Source: Polymyxa betae A26-41 (taxonomy: Eukaryota; Protista; Endomyxa: Phytomyxea). Taken from it: a DNA stretch of 64,000 nucleotides. Below, piece by piece: positions 59,285-64,000 of this stretch. The stretch is from assembly GCA_003693705.1 (NCBI GenBank), contig RBZT01000266.1, positions 9,701 through 73,700 on the forward strand, in the 5' to 3' direction. The notes under the pieces were generated by a model. The model saw nothing but the letters and a program-made list of their open reading frames with translations, was not told the origin of the DNA and made no database searches. A program made the translations under genes and the position numbers. The first letter of the stretch is position 1; the number at the start of each line of letters is the position of its first letter.

Positions 59285-60904
59285 TTATTCATGTATTAAC
59301 TGGGGATATCTTAATGTGAATTGCTCCATAAGTGCAGGGCACAACGCCTGCATTACATTTCGAATGGCGACGATCTTCGATTGTTTTTTGATGGTGCTTT
59401 CTCCAAAACCCATAGATCTCCCGTTGATCGTGATATCACAACGGAACGACCCATCATGTTGCGATTTGACATCGAAAACGGCTGTTGTTCTTTCGACCAG
59501 TTGAAGGTAGGCAGCAAATAGCGCAGATAACGTCGTAATAGAGCCCTGCTCGATCCTCTCCATTAAATTGAGAACTGCTGGAGATACCGCTGGAGATACC
59601 GGTGCCCCGAAATCCATCGGCTTAATGAGTCTCTCGCGGGGATACTGATTACTGAATTGCATCTGAAACCCATGGTTGATTGTACTCAAAGCCGGAGGGG
59701 TAGGCAGATGAGAAGGATGTATATCTGACAAAGGAGGCGTCCCGGTCCTGGTTCTTTCAGGGGGTACAGCAATAAATGGTTCAGGAGCAGGCGCATATAC
59801 TGGTTGAGAAGACGGTGATGATGGCACATAAGAGCGACCGTCAGCTTCAAATGCTGTATATAGCCGAGGATCTAGTGGCGTTAGCAAACTCATCAGATGC
59901 GGGCAAAGATCGGAAATGGCGTAATCGATGGCATCCGATTGAGCAGTTTTTAAACTCGTGTTGCAACCAGTGCCAATAACTATTCCAAAGACTTTAGCCT
60001 GCATCACAATCTCGTTCCTTTCGTTCTTTCCAACGGCATTGAATGCAACTGATGTCCGAAAATTTCGACAAATATACTCGTGCAGCACGTCTTCATTGGA
60101 TTGGAACTGTCGAATACTGCACTGATACGACGCATATTCATTCACGCGTAATTTCGACCATATTTCTGGAGCAGCCGAACGTATAGCATCCTCATAAGCA
60201 AGCAACTTGGCCTGGGGTTTAAGAGCATGCTGGGCCTGGCCATAAATCCGATTACCATCGTCGACGGTCACATTGAAAAGTCGGTTTCCGAGCTGGCTGC
60301 AATTGACAATCGCCCGAGGCAGCCCCAGGCCTTCCTGCAGCGATTCGAACGCATCGCAGGGTGTGATAACTTCACCGCGGTCGATCTCGCCTAGAATCCT
60401 ACAGGCAGCAACGGATCGTCGTTGAGAATCCGAAAGCGGTGATAAGGCGGCCGGGCTTAAACGCGAATAGGGATGGGAGGCGGTGACAGCCGAAGAGGTT
60501 CGAGCTTTAGTCGTTTTACCGAAACCAGAATCAGTAACCGGCGTCTGACGCAACTTGAAAACTGAGCATTTCCGACCATTATTGTTTGACATCTTGTTGT
60601 CGAATAGCTCCAATAAATCGGGAGCTTCGTTCCGCAGGAAGTCCCTAGCGACCAGCATTTTGGCCTGCTTCTTGTGCTCATGATGGGCGAAATATCGTTG
60701 CGTGTTGGCTGAGTGCAGAGAATATGAAAACACGCCATTCTCAAATTGTTCATCATACACCGGCGATGACTTCAGGTTGACCTGGCAGTATTCATGGATT
60801 AAGGTCAAGAGCTGTTCACCAAGGTCAGGCTAGGTAATCACAGCACCTGCAGCGATTACGGTTGTCAGCTCGCCGGTTTCAATCTTGCGCTTGAGAGCTT
60901 CCAT
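59285..60904 (-). CDS. Protein with four dsRNA-binding-domain-like repeats (single short 5' intron)
   Basis: LIHEYCQ...KKQAKMLVA; G.AQHALKPQAKLLA; LHEYIC...GTGCNTSLKTAQSDA; GFGESTIKKQSKIVA. Confidence 0.75.
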
Positions 60905-61093
60905 CGAGCTGGATCGCTTACTGTGAGATTTCTGTGCAAACCAGTATGATGGTGGGATTGCCTGTTTAATGGATCTGATGGATGAGATAGACACTCTCTA
61001 GACAATGAACCCATCACCAATATTCAATACGCATTTAATAGACCGCCCATAGAAAGTTTATTCGAAATTTGGCACGAGGAGCGACGACATTCA

Positions 61094-61910
61094 TCAACGG
61101 TAGAGATGATCAGCAGCAATGTTCTGGGCGATTTCGACCTCCTAATACCACTCAGAATCAACCTTAGAATAGAAGCCATATGACGAACCCATTTGTCGCC
61201 GTTTGATAGAAGCTTCTCCTTGTTGTAGATTAGCTCTTCGTGTGTGGCGGTGGCGAATTCGAAATTCGGGCCTTCGACGATGGCATCAACTGGGCATGCC
61301 TCTTGGCACAGTCCACAGTAGATACATTTCGTCATATCGATATCATAGCGAGTAGTTCGGCGACTGCCATCAGATCTCGGCTCGGCTTCGATTGTAATGG
61401 CTAAAGCAGGGCAGACAGCTTCACATAGTTTACAAGCGATGCATCGTTCCTCTCCTGATGGATATCGCCGAAGCGCATGCTCACCTCGAAAGCGCGGCGA
61501 CAGCGGGCCTTTTTCAAATGGATAATTGATGGTAACTTTGGGACCAAGAAATGCTTCAAATGTGACAGCAAGACCACGAACTAATTCAGTAAAGAATAAC
61601 GACGATCCCGTATGAGTTAGAACTAAAGTAGCATTTGATATCTAATTGAAAAAACGAGCATATAAAATCACATTGTCCCCAGTTCATAGTTTGCCATGGC
61701 TCTGGCGCAGGCGCCGGAGGCTTAGCAACAGGAACTTGAACCTTCCCGGCTGCTTTTTTAGGTTCTAAGCTGTCATTGGTGGACAGGTTCTTAACGGCGC
61801 CTGGCAAAGATCGAAATCTACACTTATCAGCACCGGTAAACAATTTCGGTAATGACGGACCCAAGCCTGCTCTGCGCTGTTCTTAAAATTGTAAGCGACT
61901 TCGACGTCAT
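61094..61910 (-). CDS. NDUFS8: Complex I Fe-S subunit TYKY
   Basis: [39 protein letters not shown]; [27 protein letters not shown]. Confidence 0.97.
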
Positions 61911-62008
61911 GGGTGAAACCGAGCTCAGCTGGCGCCAAGCAGTCCCTAGATGTGAAGTGGGAATTTTCAAAATTGTTTTGATTTCATACCAACTTACCAC
62001 ACTCGCCA

Positions 62009-62023
62009 TCGGAGGCCGCGCAA
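62009..62023 (+). promoter_or_regulatory. TCGGAGGCCGCGCAA motif about 100 bp upstream of NDUFS8
   Basis: Exact 15-mer also present at 20353-20367. Confidence 0.6.
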
Positions 62024-62657
62024 CTAAAAAAAAATATCCAAATTTTTTCTTCTTTGATTCCAAAGGGGTTTACCGTTTACGTGTTTGCTGCTATAATATC
62101 CATTGCCGTGAGGTTGTTACATTATTAGACTCTGTAGATCTGACGAAGCTCTCAAAGCAAATTCAAATGTTACTATTGAGGGACATGGCCAGGTTTTCCC
62201 ATCGATGGATTGTTGACAGGCGCAGCGTTGTGACATGTTGAGTGGCAGCAAATGGGCCAGCCTCTCGTGCTTCTACAAACATTATGCCCTGGGCATTTTA
62301 TCGACATCTGAAGGTCCTTTAACTCAACAATCAATAAAATGGATTATCAAGGGGCGGTTTGTTCTTGGCGGTATCTATGACCAGAGAACGTCTGTCCCGG
62401 ATTGCTTGCACAATACATAAATTTGGTGACAATGTTGTGCTCATAGTTGAATAGATGAAAATTATCCACCTGGAAATTCGCTTCGGTTTGATCAGAGAGA
62501 GCACCTGATATTCGAATTAGGAACTTTACAAAGACACTGATCAGTGTTTGTGAAATAATGATACTGGATGCAAACGTTCTACGATTGTACAAGCAAGAAT
62601 CCTTCCATTCACCTCAAGCATTTCATCACAACAGTTTGTTTATTTACTGACTTTGCA

Positions 62658-63827
62658 TCATGGTGTAAAAACTGGGATTCCATACCAATCATTTGGGCGA
62701 AGATAGTGGTGATTTTTGTCTACTCCTGCAATCTTCTTCATGTCATCGTCGTCGACTTGGAATCCAAAGATGTCAATGTTGCTCTTGATTCGTTCAGCAT
62801 GGACGCTCTTAGGAATGCAAACGGTGCCTCGTTGAACGGCCCATCGCAAACAGATGGTCGCCACACTTTTCTGATGCTTTTGAGCGATTGCCTTGAGAAC
62901 AGGATCATCCAGAACTCGTGGTTCGTCTTTTCCAGCAAAGCCTGAAGTTCCCAATGGACTGTAGGCCACATACACGATTCCCAATTTGGTCATGTAGTTC
63001 AGGAGTGCTTTCTGCTGAAGATAAGGATGCGATTCCACTTGATTCACAGCCGGTTTGATTTTCGCATATGTCATCAGATCGTACAACAACACAGCAGAGA
63101 AATTGGAGACACCAATCGCTCTCACTAACCCTTCGCGATGACATTCTTCCATTGCCTCCCACGTTTCTCTTAGTTTTCAAACATTAGAAAATACAAATTT
63201 CAAGTCTTGGGATCAAACCTAATTGACACACCGTAGTCGATATTGGCACCATTGGCAGAGTCATCTGGGCTTCTCTCATAGGCATCCAAGCCGACCTTAT
63301 TGGAATCGAAAGCAACGTATTTGAAAGCAATTGGCCAGTGCATTAGCCAAAGGTCCAAATAGCCGACCTAATACCCCAATTGGTCAATCACGACAAATTG
63401 TTTCAATTCTAAATACTTTTAAATCTTTTAACGTCTTCATCAGATGGGGCTTCACATGTTCCTTTCGATGATATGGGTTGTTTAACTTTCCAGTGATGAA
63501 AACATCTTCGCGGCGAATTTGTCCTTCGTCGAAAACCTTCATTCTACAATAAATACGATTGTTCGTCAAGTTTTCAAATCAGTACTTCTTTCAACGCATC
63601 ACCAATCTCATGCTCATTCAAGTAATTGGAAGCGCAATCAATGTGGCGATATCCTGTCTTCAAGCTCGTCTTAACGGCCTGGGCAACCTCTCCAGGCTTC
63701 GATTGCCACGTTCCTGAAACATCGCATCGGAATTGGACACAGAGCAAGCCGACTTGGGTTCTCTCATACCAAGACCGATAACCGGCATCGCGGCCCCATT
63801 CGAAAGCTGTTTAGTGGGGATCGCCAT
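62658..63827 (-). CDS. Aldo-keto reductase (AKR1-like)
   Basis: MPVIGLG|[52 protein letters not shown]. Confidence 0.95.
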
Positions 63828-63960
63828 GACTCGATACAATATGATAATGGAACTTTAAGGGATGATGGTCGGACAATCGCAATCCGACAGTTCCGACTTA
63901 AGAACTTCACCGATCCACCGCCGACGAGGCCTCGTCTAGTCAAGCGATCAACTTCAGGAT

Positions 63961-63969
63961 GCGGCCTCC
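63961..63969 (-). promoter_or_regulatory. GGAGGCCGC motif about 134 bp upstream of the AKR start
   Basis: Exact copy of the recurrent 9-mer. Confidence 0.5.
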
Positions 63970-64000
63970 TTGGCTCCTTCCTGTTAAGTAAGCGATGTCA

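Noticed and set aside
62100-62640. Possible small + strand gene or Nap1 continuation
   Set aside because: No consistent spliced frame or Nap1 similarity could be built.

Overview
Compact, intron-rich eukaryotic DNA from a flagellated protist. Most introns are about 45-60 nt GT-AG and intergenic gaps are short. IFT140, Tctex1-family, LRRC49-like and TSNAXIP1-like genes imply a ciliated stage. TTTTAGGG/TTAGGG motifs and gene style suggest a plasmodiophorid (Spongospora/Polymyxa-like), which is inference only. About 28 protein genes can be assembled by hand across introns. Recognisable ones are RPLP0, IFT140, AP-2 sigma, Nse4, Obg/MTG2, LSM4, a GYG K+ channel, a GRIP golgin, the trifunctional beta-oxidation enzyme, PA200, Nap1/NCKAP1, NDUFS8 and an aldo-keto reductase. 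There are also tandem TOG-domain paralogs, two C2H2 zinc-finger paralogs, three secreted or surface orphans, an RNase III-dsRBD protein and a four-dsRBD protein. No rRNA, tRNA, CRISPR array or intact transposon was seen. Best leads: (1) the 9-mer GGAGGCCGC occurs five times, always about 25-135 bp upstream of a start codon, twice in front of a C2H2 gene whose fingers are predicted by the recognition code to read GAG-GCC-GCG, i.e. a candidate autoregulated TF and regulon; (2) a fixed telomere-like element (AAACCCTAACCCTAGCT, 3 exact copies plus variants) sits in introns, twice forming the 5' splice site, and in promoters, mostly in GC-rich gene domains; (3) an RNase III with a Mini-III-like active site and three dsRBDs; (4) an LRR-hemolysin III fusion; (5) an apparently C-terminally truncated Nap1. 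All gene models and motif counts come from manual reading and need computational confirmation.
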